Source: the human T2T-CHM13v2.0 reference genome, Homo sapiens
Length of the DNA stretch: 64,000 nucleotides
Reading direction: 5' to 3' (one strand)
Assembly (NCBI RefSeq): GCF_009914755.1
Contig: NC_060935.1
Position numbers and translations under genes: made by a program. A model generated the notes under the pieces. The model was not told the DNA's origin. It saw only the letters and a list, made by a program, of their open reading frames with translations, and searched no databases. Below, piece after piece: positions 1 to 18,884 of this stretch (the stretch's first letter is position 1; every line of letters begins with the position of its first letter).

Positions 1-361
1 AAGCTTAGTGAAGTTCCCTAATTACACAGGCAACAAGTTAAGAAGGTGTAGAACATTATATGTACCTATAGAATGTCCAAATTCAATTTTATAAAATAAT
101 TAATCTAAACTGAATTCTACCCAGTTTATAGGTGGGCTTTATAAAACATAGTTCAGTAACCAGCCTTCTGGATACCTTCTGAATAAACTAGGTTACCTTC
201 TGGATAAACTAGGTTACAAATTATAGGAAATGTTTTGAAAGGGAAAGAAAATTTAAATAATTTTCCAGTGAGAATATTCAAATACACTCTTGACAACTTT
301 TTAAAACATTATTTAACAGGAAAAAATATATATTTGTCATGAAGCAAACTAAAAGAAACTA

Positions 362-683
<322 letters not shown>

Positions 684-735
684 TCATCTAGTCTTCCACC
701 CCTTCTGCTTATATGCATAAAGAATTAGGCATTTA

Positions 736-1034
<299 letters not shown>

Positions 1035-1039
1035 CTATG

Positions 1040-1440
1040 TTAATGGGCATACAATGTATAAAGATTTAATCTGTGACAATCACAACATCAAGAGGCAAGA
1101 ATGGAGCTTATATAGAAGCAAAGTTTTGTATTCTATTGAAATTAAGTTGGTAGTAATTCAAACTAAATCGTTATATATTAAGATGTTAATTGTAATCTCC
1201 AGGAAAATCACTAAAAAAATAACCAAAATATATTTTAGTAAAAGAAATGAGAAAGGAATAAAAACAGTACAATAGAACATATCTAATTAACATAAAAGAA
1301 GGTAGTAATGGAGAAATGTGAACAAAGAAATGACACATAGAAAACAAATAGCAAAATGGCAGAAGTCCTTCCTAATCAGTAATTACACTAGCTATAAGTG
1401 GATTCAACTCTCTAATTGAAAGGGGGAAATTTACAGAATG
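1040..1440 (+). mobile_element. Ancient L1M fragment (region leading into ORF2)
   Basis: A-rich; atcagtaattacacta...tggattcaactctctaattgaaagg resembles the ORF2 start. Confidence 0.55.
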
Positions 1441-1550
1441 AAGAATTTGTAATTTGATTGTGCAAATGTGATCTTGACCAATGTTTAAATCAGTAAGACT
1501 AGCAAGGTTCATTATTGTGTCCGTTTATGCTATAAGATATTGTGAGAGGA

Positions 1551-1843
1551 GGCTGGGTGCAGTAGCTCACACCTGTAATCCCAGCACTTTGGGAGGCCGA
1601 GGCTGGAGGATCACTTGAGGCCTCCAGTTTGAGACCAGCCTGGACAACAAAGGAGACCCCATTTCTACCAAAAAAAAAAAAGTTTTTTTAATTAGCTGGG
1701 TATAGTAACACATTCCTGTGGTCCCAGCTACTCAGGAGGCTGAGGCTGGAGGATCACTTAAGCCTGGGAGGTCAAGGCTGTAGTGAGCTATGATTGAATC
1801 ACTGCACTTTCCAGCCTGGGTGAAAGAGTGAGAACCTATCACA

Positions 1844-1913
<70 letters not shown>
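1551..1913 (+). mobile_element. AluJ with A tail extended by (TA)n at 1861-1913
   Basis: Full dimer followed by a perfect TA repeat. Confidence 0.9.
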
Positions 1914-1916
<3 letters not shown>

Positions 1917-4450
1917 TAAGACGGTATTTTCTAGTAATGGTCATGTTTAGCAAAGGGCAGTGGAAAAAAGGGCCCAGCAAACATGCAGGAAAATGAGAAG
2001 CAGAGAGGGGTTGGGTGGAGGAAGCTAAGATATAGGGGGTAGGAGGGAGTTCACTCCAGAGTTCCAGAGTTGGGTCTGGAGGGGGAGAGGAGTTTGAGTT
2101 TGGATTTTTGGATTTGAGACCCTGTACATTTTCATTAAAATGACAAATTAGCCATTTTAATATACTTTATTATTTTAATAGCATACCATTAGAAAACCAT
2201 TTTTTTTTCTGCTATATCTGGATGGCCCTAATAAATTATTCTAGGCAAAAATTCTCCTATCTGCACATTGACTCTTTGTCATGTTCACTATCATTTCTTT
2301 CTCTATGTTACTGGCTTATTTTCACCTTCAGATTTTGTTTTTACTTTTAGAATGAAAAAATGCACACTGGGAATAGATGTACCTTTCCATAATAGTGTTA
2401 TCACTTTAAATAAGCGAAATCATTCAATAATGAGTGGATCTTAAAGGCAGTGTTCTCCTTCCTAGTTATAACCCAGTTCTTTACTCTTTCCCAGTAGTAC
2501 TCCAAAATAAATGCCAAATAAAATCCTTAATATGGAATTTCAGTTCAAATGCTCACAAATTAAGCAAAGAAGCAGTGTTTTATTTAAAATAAATTAGTCA
2601 GTTTTTCCATTTTCTCTTTCAGCCTTAAGAAATAAGATATAGTTAGTTTTAAATGTAAAACTTAGTACACTATGCAAATCATGTCTGTGTGTCAAAGAAA
2701 AATAACAAACTTAATGAGGAATGTTAAAAAAAAAAAAGCAGAACCCATTAGTTTAAAGATACATAGGAACAGCCAAAGATGACAAACATACACAAAATTC
2801 AAAACATGGTAGGGAAAGGGAATAGGCACTGAAACACATAAATCAGTGTTTTGAATTCTTTTTCTCTGTGGATATAATTGTACCTTAGTTTCTTATAATG
2901 ATTTATTGAGGTAAATATTCTGTATGGTTTAACAGCTACAGCTTCAAAGTGTCAGGCACAAGCTCTCCTTTATTCATGAGGCAACTGAGTATTGGGATGT
3001 GAATTCACTTCTGTATTCCAGGACTTGGCAAAGTTTGTTTTTAAGGTCCTTATAAAGAATTCATGTTGATGCAGTCTATTCAAATGTGAAAAACACTGTG
3101 CTATAATGAGTGAAATAGAAAACCTTTACAGTAATTCTAGAGAAAAAAGTAAATAAATTGAAGTAAGCCACACAGAATTACTTTCAGCAAAGTAAAGAAT
3201 GCCCCTGAGTTCATCTTAATCCACTTTTTCAGATTTTCAGATTTAGGGATGCCTACAAACCCCCTTCATCAGATGGGTTACTATACTAGGAACTGAATCT
3301 AATATCAAAACAAAAAGAAAATAATCAGAGAGAAATAGAATTAAGTCTCTGTCTATAATATTCAGATAAGAAAGTATTTTGGGTTGATTTTCAATTTGCA
3401 CATGTTACTGCTCTGAGACCAAGGTATTTCCAACAGCAAACAGTAATAACAGTCACACAGTAGTTTATTAAAACTACCATATAGCCACTTTATAGTTTGG
3501 AAAGGGGAAACAAGTAATTTACCAAATATATTTCCTTTTAAAGTATTATGCCAATAGAAGTTATACATGGATACTTAGGGCATACAGACCTAATGAAACC
3601 TTGAAATTCATTGATCTTACGTTTGTTTATGTCAAGCCTTTCAGCAGAAAATTCAGATTTTTGCCAAGAAATATATGTGCCTTAGATGTATAAGCTCAAT
3701 ATGAAATAAAGATTTGACCTGCCTAGACAGTGGTCCTCTGATGCATCCACATTCTTATGCATCTGCCAAAGTGGCTTTATGATTCCCCACAAGGTAGTTT
3801 GATAGTTTGATGGTATAGGTGCCAAATAAAAGTAAATTTAAAAAAATTAAAACACATAGTTTAAAAATATACCTACATTTTTTGTAATGAGATTCTCTCA
3901 TTTCCAGATAATATATCTTATGCTTTCAAATTTTGTTCAATTGAGGAAGTATTTTGCATTATTAGAGAGCAAGATCTCACTAATAAATGGCTTTTGCCTT
4001 CTTGCTAATTCCCTTTATAATTAAGAATTACCTAAAAACTCTGCCTGCTTAAAGCTACTCATTAAATTATAAACTTTTTCTTTATCCTCATAGAGCCTAA
4101 CATAGCCATGCGTGGGGTACATGATCGGTAAATAAAGACTTATACCGGATAGCAACTTATTAGTTTAAAATGGCTCTAGACAAATTGCATTACTTTTCAG
4201 GTAACATATTTTTCTCCCCAGAATAATAACTTTTTCACACAAAAAAATTCACTAAATAAATATACTATAAGATGTGATGTTTTGACATTACTTTCTGGCA
4301 AAACACTTACTAATTTACTCAACACAACTTCTAGTCAGAGAATATCATCTGGAAAAATATGCATTGTGTACCATGTTTAAATGACCCAAAATGTTTTGCA
4401 TTGCCAATACAGAATGAAGAGGTGGCATCTTGTACAACTCTAAAAGTAGC

Positions 4451-5140
<690 letters not shown>

Positions 5141-5659
5141 GTAACTTTCTGTGCTATAACTTCAAGTTAAGTTCATTTGAAGCCAAGATAATCATGAGCT
5201 CCTAAAAGTCTAAAAAACAATTGATGCAGAAAATGGTGCAGAAAGAAGAATGCACCTTCCAAAGAATGAATATCTCACACTTCTCCTCTACCAGCCATCC
5301 ATTATCAATTCTTTAATTCGTTCAGCAAATACAATAAAACTTTATTACTTTATAATTTTTGTATAATCTATATTTATTTACTTTCAAATGCTATTTATTA
5401 CTTATTTATGCTTGCTTTCATTGTTCATCAAATGCTATATTTTTCTGTGAAAAGAGAGGGTATCTTGGATTGGTATAAAATGCATTATAATTTTTCCTAT
5501 TAGAATTAATGAAAATATTTTCTGTTTTATAGGTTTTCACTAAAGAGCAGAATTTTCCAAAACAAAATTAACATCTTGAAGGGAGAGATAGGTGTACCCT
5601 ATTCAACGTTTCTAAAATTATCATAAAACTAGAGAAGAAAAGAATATCAACTCTGCATC

Positions 5660-7465
5660 CCATATTTTTCAGGTAGTATTCAAGTATATGTGTTAGTTCA
5701 TTAATCCTTAGAATAACCCCACGTGAGAAGTACCTTTTGAGAAGGTGAGAAAACTAAGACTCAATGATGTGAAATGAAGTGTTCAAGGTCATACAACTAA
5801 TAAGTGGACGAGCCAGAACTCAAATCAAACATTGCCAAGTCCAATGGCCATTTCTCTGTGCTTATCTTCACTTCTCATCAGCATTCAATGAAATCATCAA
5901 CTTCCTCCTTCTTGAAACCCTGAGTTCTCTTGGCCTCCAAATACTGTATCTCCTGGTTTATTTCATCCTTATTAAGAGTTACTACCTCTTAGCCTCCAGT
6001 GTTGAATCTACCTCTTTTATCTGACTTACAAGTTATAGGGTTTCTCAGACTCAGGCCAGAGCCATCTGAAATCTATCTCTTTTCCTGGATGACCTTATCC
6101 ATTCCCATGGATTTGAATACCATCCCTTTATTGATAACTCCCAGATATATCTATACTTAGCCACGACTTTTGTGAGCTTCAGGTTTGACTATCTATCTAC
6201 TTTGTTTCTTGGTATTTCCACATATATATCTCAAAAACATTATAAATTTAATGTGTCCAGAGAAAAAGATTAACAAATCATGATGCCTACCCACCCAAAT
6301 CTGTCTGTCTCCTCCCATTTGGGTAAACAGAAAATTTGTCCATAAGTTGTTCAAGCCAGAAACCTAAGAGCCATCTTTTTATTTTCCTTTTCATTATCCC
6401 CAATTCTAATCCATCAGCAAATCCTGTTGTTTCTAAGATATATCTTGAATTGCTCTATATCTCTTCAGCTCCACCTCTACCACCTTAACCCAGGTCCCCA
6501 TTATTTCTCACCTGAACTATGCAACAGCTTCACTTCTACTCTTGACCTCCTCCAATCCATTCTCCATACTGTAATAAGAGTAAATGTCTTAAGACATCAA
6601 ATCAATCACTCTCCTGCTAAAAACATTACAGCAGGCCAGGCACAGTACAGGCTCATACCTGTAATCCCAGCACTTGGAGAGGCCAAGGCAGGTGGATCAC
6701 TTGAGTCCAAGAGTTCAAGACTAGCCTGGGCAACATGAGGAAACCCCGTCTCTACAAGAAAAAAAAATGTTAGCCAGGCATGGTGGGCCTATAGTCCCAG
6801 CTACTGGGGGGTGGAGATGGGAGGATCACTTGAGCCTCGGAGGTGGAAGCTCCAGTTAGCTGTGATCGTGCTACTGCACTCCAGCCTGGACGACAGAAGG
6901 AGATGCTGTTTCAAAAAGAAAACCCTACAATGGTTTACTTTTAAGATAAAATCTTAAAATGGCACTTAAGATGAAATCCAAACTTCATTTCATGATCTAA
7001 AAGCTCTGCCTATCTTTCCAACCTCAACTTATGCCAGTCTCCCCTGTTTTCACTATACTCTAATACTTACTGATCATCTTTCTTTTTTTTTCTCAGCTCA
7101 AAATGTTATGTTTCTTTTTTTCCATAAGTGATTGGGGTACAGGTGGTATTTGGTTACATGGGAAAGTTCTTTAGTGGTGATTTGTGAGATTTTGGTGCAC
7201 CCATCACCTAAGCAGTATACACCGCACCACATGTGTAGTCTTTTATCCCTCATCCCCCTCTCACACTTCCCCGCAAATCCCCGAAGTCCATCATATCATT
7301 CTTATGCCTTTGCATCCTCATAATTTAGCTCCCACATATCAGTGAGAACAGATGATGTTTGGTTTTCCATTCCTGAGTTACTTCACTTAGAATAATAGTC
7401 TCCAATCTCAGCCAGGTCACTGCAAATGCTGTTAATTCATTCCTTTTTATGGCTGAGTAGTATTC

Positions 7466-7513
<48 letters not shown>

Positions 7514-8540
7514 ACAGTTTCTTTAACCACTCATTGAGTGATGGGCATTTGGGTTGGTTCCATGATTTTGCAATTGTGAATTGTGCTGCTAAAAACATGC
7601 AAGTGCAAGTATCTTTTTCATATAATGGCTTCTTTCCCTCTGGGTAAATACCCAGTAGTGGGATTGCTGGATCAAATGGTTGTTCTCCTTTTAGTTCTTT
7701 AAGGAATCTCCACACCATTTTCCATAGTGGCTGTACTAGTTTTACATTCCCACCAGCAGTGTAGAAGTGTTCCCTGTTCGCCACATCCATGCCAACATCT
7801 ATTTTTTTTTTATTTTTTAATTATGGCCATTCTTGCAGGAGTAAGGTGGTATCACATTGTGGTTTTGACTTGCATTTCCCTGATCATTAGTGATGTTGAG
7901 CATTTTTTCATATGTTTGTTAGCCATTTGTATATCTTCTTTTGAGAATTGTCTATTCATGTCCTTAGTTACTAGAACACACTAAGCTCTTTTCAGCCTCA
8001 AGGCCATTTCACATGCTGTTCCCTTTACCTAAAACACTTCCCCATTAATTACCTAGCTAGCTCCACCTCACCCTGAATCACTACCTTTTGAAGCAGACCC
8101 ACACCATACTGTCACAGTCCCTTGTTTGTTCCTTATGGCACTTACTATATAATTGTTTTATGTAGTTGTCTTTTTATTGTCTACCAAACTAGAATATAAG
8201 CTCCATAAAGGCAGAGACTAATTAGTTCAATTATTTATACTGTTAATTATTATATTTCCCATGCCTGGCACAATAAATAATAGCTCTCAATAAATACTGT
8301 GAATGAATGAAAGCCAGGTGTGACTGATTCCAAACAAATATTCTCTCCACTATATCATGCTGCCACCTTAAAGGATCTTAGAAATCATCTAGCCGACCCT
8401 CTTCTTTTACAAATAAAAAACTGAGATCCAGAAAGACAAGTGATTTGCCCAAGGTGACACAGCATTAACTGACAGAGCCACAGTGACCCCAGACTTTCTG
8501 ATTTCTGAATCAGATTTTTTCTTAGACAGCACATGGCCTT
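5660..8540. mobile_element. MIR and L2 relic cluster interleaved with Alu 6634-6922 and the L1PB
   Basis: MIR core (aaggtcatacaactaataagtgg; ttgcccaaggtgacacagc) and L2 3' end (ctcaataaatactgtgaatgaatgaa). Confidence 0.6.
7113..7965 (-). mobile_element. L1PB-like 3' end with (CA)n at ~7469-7513
   Basis: Minus-strand ORF2 C-terminal peptides ([21 protein letters not shown]). Confidence 0.85.
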
Positions 8541-9835
8541 ATGCTAATAGGTGCATCCAAACTATACCTAAGAAATTTTCTGCAAGTATGAGGTGGCCAA
8601 AAATATCAGAAAAAAACATTTTAACAAGCATTTACAAACTAATAAAAAACTAGAAAAAAATACAATTATAACAGTAGAATACAATGCATTACATTGCCAA
8701 AATCTTTTACTAAATTGTTTTTAAAAGAAAAATTTGAGAATATAGACAAAATAGTCCTCTATTTTACATTACATAAATAATTTACTTCACAATATAAACA
8801 ACATTTTATTTCATATGGATAATACATTCAGAATATGCCTGCTTAGAGAAATCATACATGTGCTATTGTGGAAACAATAAATAAATAAGTAATAAAAAAT
8901 TTAAAAAGGAGAAATCATACTTTGTTCCTAAAAATTTAAGTTTTCCTAATAGCTAGTAACTCTAAAATTCATATGAGTATAAAATTTGCACAATTTTGAA
9001 ACTAAACAAGAAACCAAGCAAAGTATCTAGAGTTAATAATAATAGATAAAAGAAGGAACAGCCAAACCCAGGAATCCTACACTGCCTACTTTCAGAATTC
9101 AGTCACTGCTCTGCAAAACACTAAACCATGTATCAATTTACTCAATCCATGAAGCAATGTCACAACTACACTTCCCCAGCTCCTTCCACTCCTGCAGAAC
9201 TCAAATCAGGCAGCTACTAAATCATCTCAAGTTGCTCCTGTCACTTGGAGAACCAATGGAGAAAACTGTGATCCAACTTTTCTTTGCCAAAAATGTTTTA
9301 CTTCCCCACTAAGCACATGGTGTCCATACTCACGATTCTGCCCATGTGTGAATATGTTTTTTAATTGCCATAATAAAAAGCTAGAAAATATAACCTCCAT
9401 CATGAACCACTTAGTTGTTAAAAACATCTATGCCTCCATTTAACTCCTTCCTCATATTCCAAAGAATTCTACATAATTTTTCAAAAGTATTAGAAATAAT
9501 AAAATATAAATTATTTGACTTTTAGCATTGCAACACTATTTATTACTGCAAATGATAATTAGTTTAGCTATCTTATAGTTCAAATAGGTTTATGTAGACT
9601 ATCCTAGCGAACAAGAAATTATGTACAGCATTGTTGTATGGAAAAAAAAAATCTGCTTCCATGGAACTTTTGTTTGATTTCCAACTTCCCTAAAATTACT
9701 AAACTTTCAAAGTTCTTTTCATACAATGTCATGTTCATTGTTTTTCCCTCAGAAAAATTTCCCTCATAAAAAAGAGGTTATTATAAATACCTTTGTTATT
9801 TACCTACCAGTTGTTCCAAATGTGTCTTTTAATTT

Positions 9836-10139
9836 TCTTTCTTTTTTTTTTTTTTTTTTTTCAGACAGAGTCTTGCTCTGTCGCCAGGCTGGAATGCAGT
9901 GGCGCATCTCGGCTCACTGCAACCTCCGCCTCCCGGGTTCAAGCAATTCTCCTGCCTCAGCCTCCCGAATAGCTGGGACTACAGGCGAGCACCACCACGC
10001 CCAGCTAATTTTTGTACTTTTAGTAGAGACGGGGTTTCACCATGTTGGCCAGAATGGTCTCGATCTCTTGACCTTGTGATCCGCCCGCCTCGGCCTCCCA
10101 AAGTGCTGGGATTACAGGCGTGAGCCACTGCGCCCAGCC
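9836..10139 (-). mobile_element. AluS/Y
   Basis: CpG-rich full dimer, TSD tgtctttt(t)aatttt. Confidence 0.92.
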
Positions 10140-10219
10140 GTTGTCTTTTAATTTTCATTAGGTCTTTTATGTCTACCAGATGTGTCTCTTGCTGCTCCTC
10201 ATTAGAATATGCAAATTAC

Positions 10220-10295
10220 CTCAGTATATATTGGACTTCTGTAGATTTCAAGGCTCTGATTTAAAAGTTGTCATTTAGAATCCGGCAAAACAGTC
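10220..10295 (-). other. SOX6: Third exon (76 nt) of divergent transcript (probable SOX6 5'UTR exon)
   Basis: Minus-strand acceptor ttattttttgaaacttttccaacag|G and donor GAG|gtaatt. Confidence 0.6.
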
Positions 10296-10497
10296 CTGTT
10301 GGAAAAGTTTCAAAAAATAAATTTCAGTACTTTGGAGCCCTTTCCCACTATAGAAACTAAAAAAATCCTGTGTCAAACATAGATAAATGACCCATTATTA
10401 GAGTACATTACAGTGGAATGTTACTAAAAGCATGAGTAAATCATGTTTACCTTGTACAGCATGGGACCTGCTCCCATTCTGTTATGGAAAGCCTAAA

Positions 10498-10822
10498 CCT
10501 GCACTGTCCAACGGGATAGCCAATAGCCACATGGGGCTCTAAGGTGCTAGAAATATGACTAGCCTTAATTGAGAAGGGCTGTAGTATAAAGTACCCACCG
10601 GATTTTTGAATAAAAGAATCTAAAATATCTCTCATTAGTAATTTTTACAATTACATATTGAAATAATACTATTTTTGATATGTTGGGTTACATAACATAT
10701 ATTATAAACATAAATTCCACCTGTTGCTTTTCACCTTTTTTAGTATGGCTACTAGAAAATTTTAAATTACATATGTGATTCACATTTGTGACTCAGATTA
10801 TATTTCTGTAGAATAGCATTGT
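10498..10822. mobile_element. MER33/MER3-like hAT-Charlie MITE
   Basis: gcactgtccaa...agccacatg and terminal tatttctgtagaatagcattg. Confidence 0.6.
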
Positions 10823-11341
10823 CTTGCTATAATAAATAAGATTTTTATAGTTAAGTTAGTTTTTGGTGTTTTTATTTTCCCCAAAGAAATAGTTTATAAT
10901 TAATGTGTTGTGGATAGCCCATAGGAAGCAAGGTCCTTAATGAAAACTTAAACTTTTAATGAGAATTAGAAAGAAAAAAAAAAGGAGTGGGGAATAAAAG
11001 AGGAACAGAAACATTGTAGGAATAGATAATAAACATTAATTTCCTCTCTACTCAAAGCAAAAAGTACTATATATTCAAAAACACTGTAACAGCTAAAAGT
11101 GTTTATTATTATTAAAACACTGCTTAGCAAGGAAGTAAAAAAAAAGATTAAAACAATAGTTTAATGGTTTTGAAGTTTTACTTTTTTCCAACTACTCTCA
11201 GTTCCTTGAAGGAACAAAAATTAGCAAAAAAGAAAAAAAAATCAACTGCTTTTCCCTGTATCAAATGATAGGTAGTAAGAAATTTCAAAGTTCTAGTCTC
11301 CAAAGAATAGTACTATAATATTTTTTTAAATAAGCATTAGA

Positions 11342-11788
<447 letters not shown>

Positions 11789-11914
11789 GTATTAGTAAGG
11801 CTGGTCAGTATCCATGTATCATTTTCTTCTGAGAAAGTTCACATGCTTCATATTAGTGATCATTTCATTTCAATGGTTGTAAAGGAACAGTTCAAATTTT
11901 ATGGTCTGAGCATA

Positions 11915-12468
11915 TGGGAGTATAAATTGGTACAAGCAGTTTGGAAAACCTTTTGGCATTATTATCTACTCCTAAGCATATCCCCAACAGTAACACATGC
12001 ACATTTATATAAAAAATATACAAAAATGTTCATAGCAGCATCATTCATAATAAGTCAAAAACTGGAAACAACTCACATACCCATCAACAAATGAATTCAT
12101 ACAATGGCATACTATATAGAATAAAATGAACCAACCACTACTAAAAAACAGTAATGATTCTCATAAATATAACATTGTGTAAAGGAAGTTAGATATAAAA
12201 AAATTGTATGATTCTATTTAAATAAAGCTCAAAAACAGAAAAAAATTAATTTATGATCTTAGAAGTCAGGATAGTTACCTTTGAGGGGGTCATAGTAATT
12301 GGGAAGGAAGGAAGGAGTCAGCGGCACTGAAAATGTTTTATTTCTTGACCCAGGTAGTGGTTATATAGATATGTTCATTTTGTGATGAATGAGCTATATA
12401 TGCTTATGATTTGTATACTTTTCTGTATGTCTATTATGTTTTCATCAAAATATAAATCAAAAAATAAA
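11915..12468 (+). mobile_element. Ancient L1M 3' fragment
   Basis: aaatgttcatagcagc...ctggaaacaac...tgtatgattctattta motifs. Confidence 0.65.
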
Positions 12469-14193
12469 ATCTGTGGTCATACTAAAATTTTGTTTTATAT
12501 TATGAATTAAAATATCATTTGAAATTAGGAATATTTTTGCTAAACTGAGTTTTTTAAATGTGGTTTTATCCTTAAGATTACTTTCATATTTGTTAAACTC
12601 ATAGAATCACAGAGCGTTACAGATGGAAGAAACTTAGAATAAACTAGTTTGGCTCTGTGAGAAGTTAGGTGACTTGGCCAAGATCCTATCAGTATCAGTA
12701 ATGAGACTAAAATTTAGAACTTTCATATTATATTACAGAACTTTTTAAGTTTTTAATTTCAGAGAGTTAGACTCCATTAGAAAGAACTAGGATTTCTTCT
12801 GAAATCTTGATTTATAATGCTAAAAGAAAAAAATCTACACGTCACCAAATGTTATTCATTTTTCTATTTCTTTTATAATAAAATAATGAATAAGTCATAA
12901 AACAAGGAAGGAAAATCATTCTTGGCTGTTTGGTGAGGAACTTTATAAGAATTGGTAACCTATGTCCTTTGTATATCTTTTTGAAACTTACTCTTCATGA
13001 AAACAGATATAGAACATTTGTATTCAATTACCGTATTAAAAACAGAACAGTCTCAATACACACTACCCTCTTTCTCTTACTTTTTGCAGCTTGTTTGTAA
13101 ACAAGTTTAGCAGTAGCACAATCAAGAAGTATTGATTCCTTCTAGAAATGCACCTACATTTGAGCTATTCACAATTCACAAAAATTCAAGGATATAACTA
13201 GTTATTCTCCTCGTTTCCTTCAGACTTTAAAATATGGCAACTCTTCCTCTTTGTTCTTTTTTTTTTTTAAGCTTTTCTTCTGGCTCAGAAATGTAAAATA
13301 AGCTATGGCAACATCCATTATAACTGTTCTTTTCCTGTTTTTCTTTTTTTTTTTTTTTCCAACCATTTTGTTTTGGGGGAGGGAAAAGAAGGAAAGTTCT
13401 AAGAAAAGCTTTTTGTAACAGGTTCAAAAGTATAAAAGCCATTTCAAGCTCCAGACATTTGTAGCCTTTATTTCTTTAGTCCTTGAAAGGGCTTTTTAAA
13501 TGTTAACAGCTAAGATAGGACTGCTTTCCTATACTGATGTTCCAGGCTTCATTTCCTTTGTAGTCTTGAGTTCTTCCCCATCCTCAATCCCCCAATAACC
13601 TCCATGCAGGCTTCTTTTTCAAAACAAAACAAACAACAATTTAAAAAAAAAAAAAATTTCATTCCTCATGATACACATACAAGCAGACTTCTAAGATCCC
13701 ATACACAATGGACATCTCTAATGACTTAGAGAATTAAAATATTTTGCTTGAATTTCTTCTTTATTTGGTGATTTAATGTGCCCACTTATGCTTTCATTTC
13801 TAAAATAATAACATGTCACCTGCAAAGTTATTACAGCTAAAATAGCTAACAAGAAGCTTTGTTGACCCCCTCTTCAGGAATGCTGAAATGCAATCTTCAA
13901 AAAATACCAGCCAAAACATGTTCATTTATGTGTTTAAATTTTTTTAAATCAGTATGTACATATTATCCTGGTTCAGAAATAAATTACATATATGCCAAGA
14001 AACAAGTCTGAAACACTGTATTCCAAGGTCTTAATAGTGATTATTATTCCTGAGTGGTGAGATTATAAATGTTTTTATTTTTTAATTTTATTCTTGCTTC
14101 TGAATATATTTTAATTTATCTTCAGTGTATATGCATTGTTTGTGACAAGGGAAAATATTACTCTTCATTTTAAAAATAAATGCTGTTTTATTA

Positions 14194-14418
<225 letters not shown>

Positions 14419-15031
14419 TTATATTTAACTACTCATATTACACAAGTACATAATTTTAAAATGTAATTTCCAAAACTGTAAAATTATAAGTCATATAAAT
14501 TTAAAAACAGCATGAGTCAAAATGTTGAGTGTCAAAGAGTTTACTTAACTGAGTAATTAATGAGGAAACCAGTAAGTTAAAACCGATTCATTACAGAATT
14601 TGATTTACAGAAATTTGTATTCTCTACTGGATAAAGTCCATTTGCATTGCCAAGAATAGGAATCATTTGCGTTGTTATGGGCCAAAATCATTTGCATCCT
14701 TTTCAGATGTATAAAATTTAACTTTTATCCCTCTACAGAGTTGTAAAATAGCCTAGTCAATCAAAGATGATCAAAAGTACACACTCATTTAGAATCAGAT
14801 AATCCCTGGAGAGTCCCTACACATTCAGCACTCCCCTGAAAGAAAACCCAGTTATCAGTTTTGCCTGCTTCCAAGTCTTTAACAAATTTTCCTGATATAA
14901 TTTACTAATTAGTAAACATGCTTTCTTATGTATCACCTAGAAATGTTTAGTAAAGTTTTCTGTACCTTGATATAATCAAGGCATATCAGAGAATATTTGA
15001 GGTGAGTATAAACTTCAGAAACTTCACACCA

Positions 15032-15325
15032 GGCCAGGTACAGTGGCTCACACCTGTAATGCCAACATTTTGGGAGGCCAAGGCCAGAGGATTGCTTGAG
15101 TCCAGGAGTTCGAGGCTAGCCTGGGCAACATAGTGAGACCTCACCTCTACAAAAAATAAACAAAATTAGCTATGCAAGGTGGTATGTGCTTGTAGTCCAG
15201 CTACTAAGGAGGCTGAGGTGACAGGATTGCTTGATCCCAGGAGGTAGAGGCTGCACCACTGCACCCCAGCCTGGGCAACAGAACAAAATTGTCTCAAAAA
15301 ACAAAAAACAAACAAACAAACAAAA
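15032..15325 (+). mobile_element. AluJ
   Basis: Dimer with (AAAC)n tail. Confidence 0.88.
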
Positions 15326-15388
15326 ACACTTTATATCAGTTTAAATCATGGAACATTAGTAAATTATAAAGACATAATGAAATATTGA

Positions 15389-16125
<737 letters not shown>

Positions 16126-16330
16126 GAAATACTGATATATGAAATAGTTAATACTGTATAAAGTATGAGTAATTTTTATGTATGCAATATAAAAACATAA
16201 TCACAAACAAAATATCCATGAGGAAACAAGCTGTCAAACAAAATATGATCAACTTTGAGTTTTCCTATCAGTAACTTTTCGAAGTTGAGAAAATTTTAAG
16301 GGATAAAATCTTAAAACTGAGAAAAGTCCA

Positions 16331-16886
16331 GTAGCATCTTCCCAGTGAACCACAAAGGGACTATACTGAGGAGACCCCCAACTCAAAGGAAATAGACTGT
16401 AGCACCAATTGGCCAACTTTGGGTAAGTAGTGGGGTACATTTTACCCAGGTGAAGGACGCGAATGGGCCTGAGGCCCAACTTAGGACAATCTCTCCTAAG
16501 ACAGAGAAAGTTAAAGGCCCCTCTTAATAAAAGGCAAGGACGCTTGATTAAACTTAGGTTCAAGGCCCAACTTAGGAAGCTTAGAGTCCTTCCTAAGATT
16601 TAGGGGGTTAGAGGCCCCACTCAGAAAAGTCTACATTGGTTAAAAATGGATTTGGCACTATGGAATGTGAACCGCTATTCTCTTTGGATTAATCTGCCTT
16701 GCACTCTTTGCTGATGGCTATGGGTGATAGGATTAGGTATGTACAAGATCATGGGACATGGGGAACTTTTTTTCTCCCCCAAGGGGGAAACTTGAGCGCT
16801 GATGGATCTGCTGGAAAAGATCCCTTCACAACTGACAAGCAGCCGCCTGAATTTTGATTCAGTGTCACTGCAATGGGTGGGTCTTT

Positions 16887-16890
<4 letters not shown>
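16331..16890 (+). mobile_element. ERV1-class internal leader-like fragment
   Basis: Degenerate tRNA-Arg-type PBS-like cagtgaaccacaaagggac (16343-16361) followed by donor GG|gtaagt (16423) and repeated gaggcccaacttagg motifs; family uncertain. Confidence 0.55.
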
Positions 16891-16934
<44 letters not shown>

Positions 16935-16992
16935 CCCCCCTCCCTCCCTCCCTCCCTCCCTCTCTCTCTCTCTCTCTCTTCCCTCCCTCCCT

Positions 16993-17030
<38 letters not shown>
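16889..17030 (+). repeat. (CT)n/(CCCT)n compound microsatellite
   Basis: Pure pyrimidine tract directly visible. Confidence 0.95.
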
Positions 17031-17031
<1 letters not shown>

Positions 17032-17223
17032 GCCAGCCGTGTGAAGACTTGACTGCTTCCCCTTCACCTTTCACCATGATTGTAAGTTTCCTGAGGCCTC
17101 CCCAGCCATGCCTCTAGTATAGCCTGGAGAACTGTGAGTCAATTAAACCTGTTTTCTTCATTAATTACCCACTTTTAGGGAGTTCTTTATAGCACTGTGA
17201 TAATGGAATAATACAGAAAATTG
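17031..17223 (+). mobile_element. MaLR (MST/THE1-type) LTR 3' half plus first bases of internal region
   Basis: ccatgattgtaagtttcctgaggcctccccagccatg...aattaaacc...taataca then gaaaattg; homologous to the LTR at 4933-5140. Confidence 0.8.

Positions 17224-18884
<1,661 letters not shown>

Noticed and set aside
1-6. Window begins with a HindIII site (aagctt)
   Set aside because: Probably a clone-end artefact or chance; no biological meaning
164-217. Short tandem duplication of ccttctgRataaactaggtta (about 2.5 copies); similar small duplications at ~39143-39200 and ~25402-25443
   Set aside because: Ordinary slippage duplications; no spacers, not CRISPR-like
16675-17117. RE/SL-rich ORFs
   Set aside because: Translations of the CT microsatellite
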